Shown one piece after another: positions 63,343-64,000 of a stretch of 64,000 nucleotides of DNA. Positions within the stretch are counted from its first letter, which is position 1. Each line of letters begins with the position of its first letter. The stretch covers positions 960,001 to 1,024,000 of the forward strand of contig CAVTTN010000002.1 in the NCBI GenBank assembly GCA_963737655.1. Reading direction: 5' to 3'. This DNA is from an uncultured Planctomycetota bacterium. Its GTDB lineage: Bacteria; Planctomycetota; Planctomycetia; Isosphaerales; Isosphaeraceae. The notes below the pieces were generated by a model. It was not told the DNA's origin, ran no database searches, and was given only the letters and a program-made list of their open reading frames with translations. Position numbers and translations under genes: made by a program.

Positions 63343-64000
63343 ATGCCCGAGACGACCCGCCGCGAGTTCACCCGCCAGGCGCTCCAATCGCTCACGGCCG
63401 TGGCCTTGATCGAAGGGCTCGCCGCCCGCCGCCTCTTCGGCAAGGACGTCGCCCCGATCCTCGACGAGTGGTTCCGCGAGCTCGACACCATCACCCGGGA
63501 CCTCAAGGACCACAAGGCCAAGGACGTCGAGTTCCAGAAGAGCCTGGAGAAACTCTACGAGCGCGTCGACCTCCCCTCGCTCCTCAAGACGCTCGACTTC
63601 GACGCGATGGCCAAAGGCGTCGAGTACCCGGCCCACGGCGCCAAGAGCCTGCCGGTGGACTTCACCCACGTCTCGGGCCTGCCGACGAACCTGGTCTTCG
63701 GCCGGCAGATCTTCGCCATGAAAAAAGGCCGATCCGTCGTCCCCCACGGCCACGACAACATGGCCACCGGCTTCCTCATCCTCAAGGGCAAGTTCCGAGG
63801 CCGCCACTGGGACCGCATCGAGGACAACAAGGACCACTACATCGTCCGCCCCACCATCGACCGAGCGTTCAAGGAAGGCGAATTCTCGACCATCTCCGAC
63901 CACAAGGACAACGTCCACTGGTTCACCGCCGAGGACGACGTCGGCTTCCTCTTCAACGTCCACGTCGTCGGCTACAACCCCGAGAACCCCAAGACCGGCG
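63343..64000 (+). CDS. Tat-signal cupin protein (thiol-dioxygenase-like), runs off the window end
   Basis: Hand translation MPETTRREF...; VPHGHDNM...LILKG...DNVHWF; absent from the ORF track because no stop is reached. Confidence 0.75.
   Translation, partial: MPETTRREFTRQALQSLTAVALIEGLAARRLFGKDVAPILDEWFRELDTITRDLKDHKAKDVEFQKSLEKLYERVDLPSLLKTLDFDAMAKGVEYPAHGAKSLPVDFTHVSGLPTNLVFGRQIFAMKKGRSVVPHGHDNMATGFLILKGKFRGRHWDRIEDNKDHYIVRPTIDRAFKEGEFSTISDHKDNVHWFTAEDDVGFLFNVHVVGYNPENPKTG

Overview
GC-rich bacterial chromosomal segment, most likely a Planctomycete of the Isosphaeraceae type. This is an inference from LExRxLL(S/A)-motif secreted proteins, PEP-CTERM proteins, three Uma2 genes and a Ser/Thr kinase-TPR protein. 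Housekeeping genes: alaS, ispG, metG, mdh, gabD and tRNA-Ser(GCT). Other content: a GlgE-pathway alpha-glucan cluster (glgE, a maltokinase-glgB fusion, a glgA/glgM-type gene), a Tm-1-like/TIM-barrel pair, a Y-family polymerase plus SRAP-like gene, a split RND/TolC locus, decayed toxin-antitoxin genes, and several families of palindromic and tandem repeats. About a dozen single-base frameshifts, one in essential alaS, point to long-read indel errors rather than pseudogenes. Best leads: (1) a large dockerin-tailed adhesin-like protein next to a cohesin-like PEP-CTERM anchor; (2) a divergent efflux locus where each arm starts with a small signal-peptide protein ending in Arg-Cys-stop and ends with a LExR secreted protein; (3) a leaderless polymerase promoter with a TGGAC-N4-GTCCA palindrome as candidate SOS box; (4) a secreted protein with a C-terminal JAB/MPN-like domain. 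No CRISPR array, integrase or transposase was seen. All family calls are from motif recognition by eye, with no database search.
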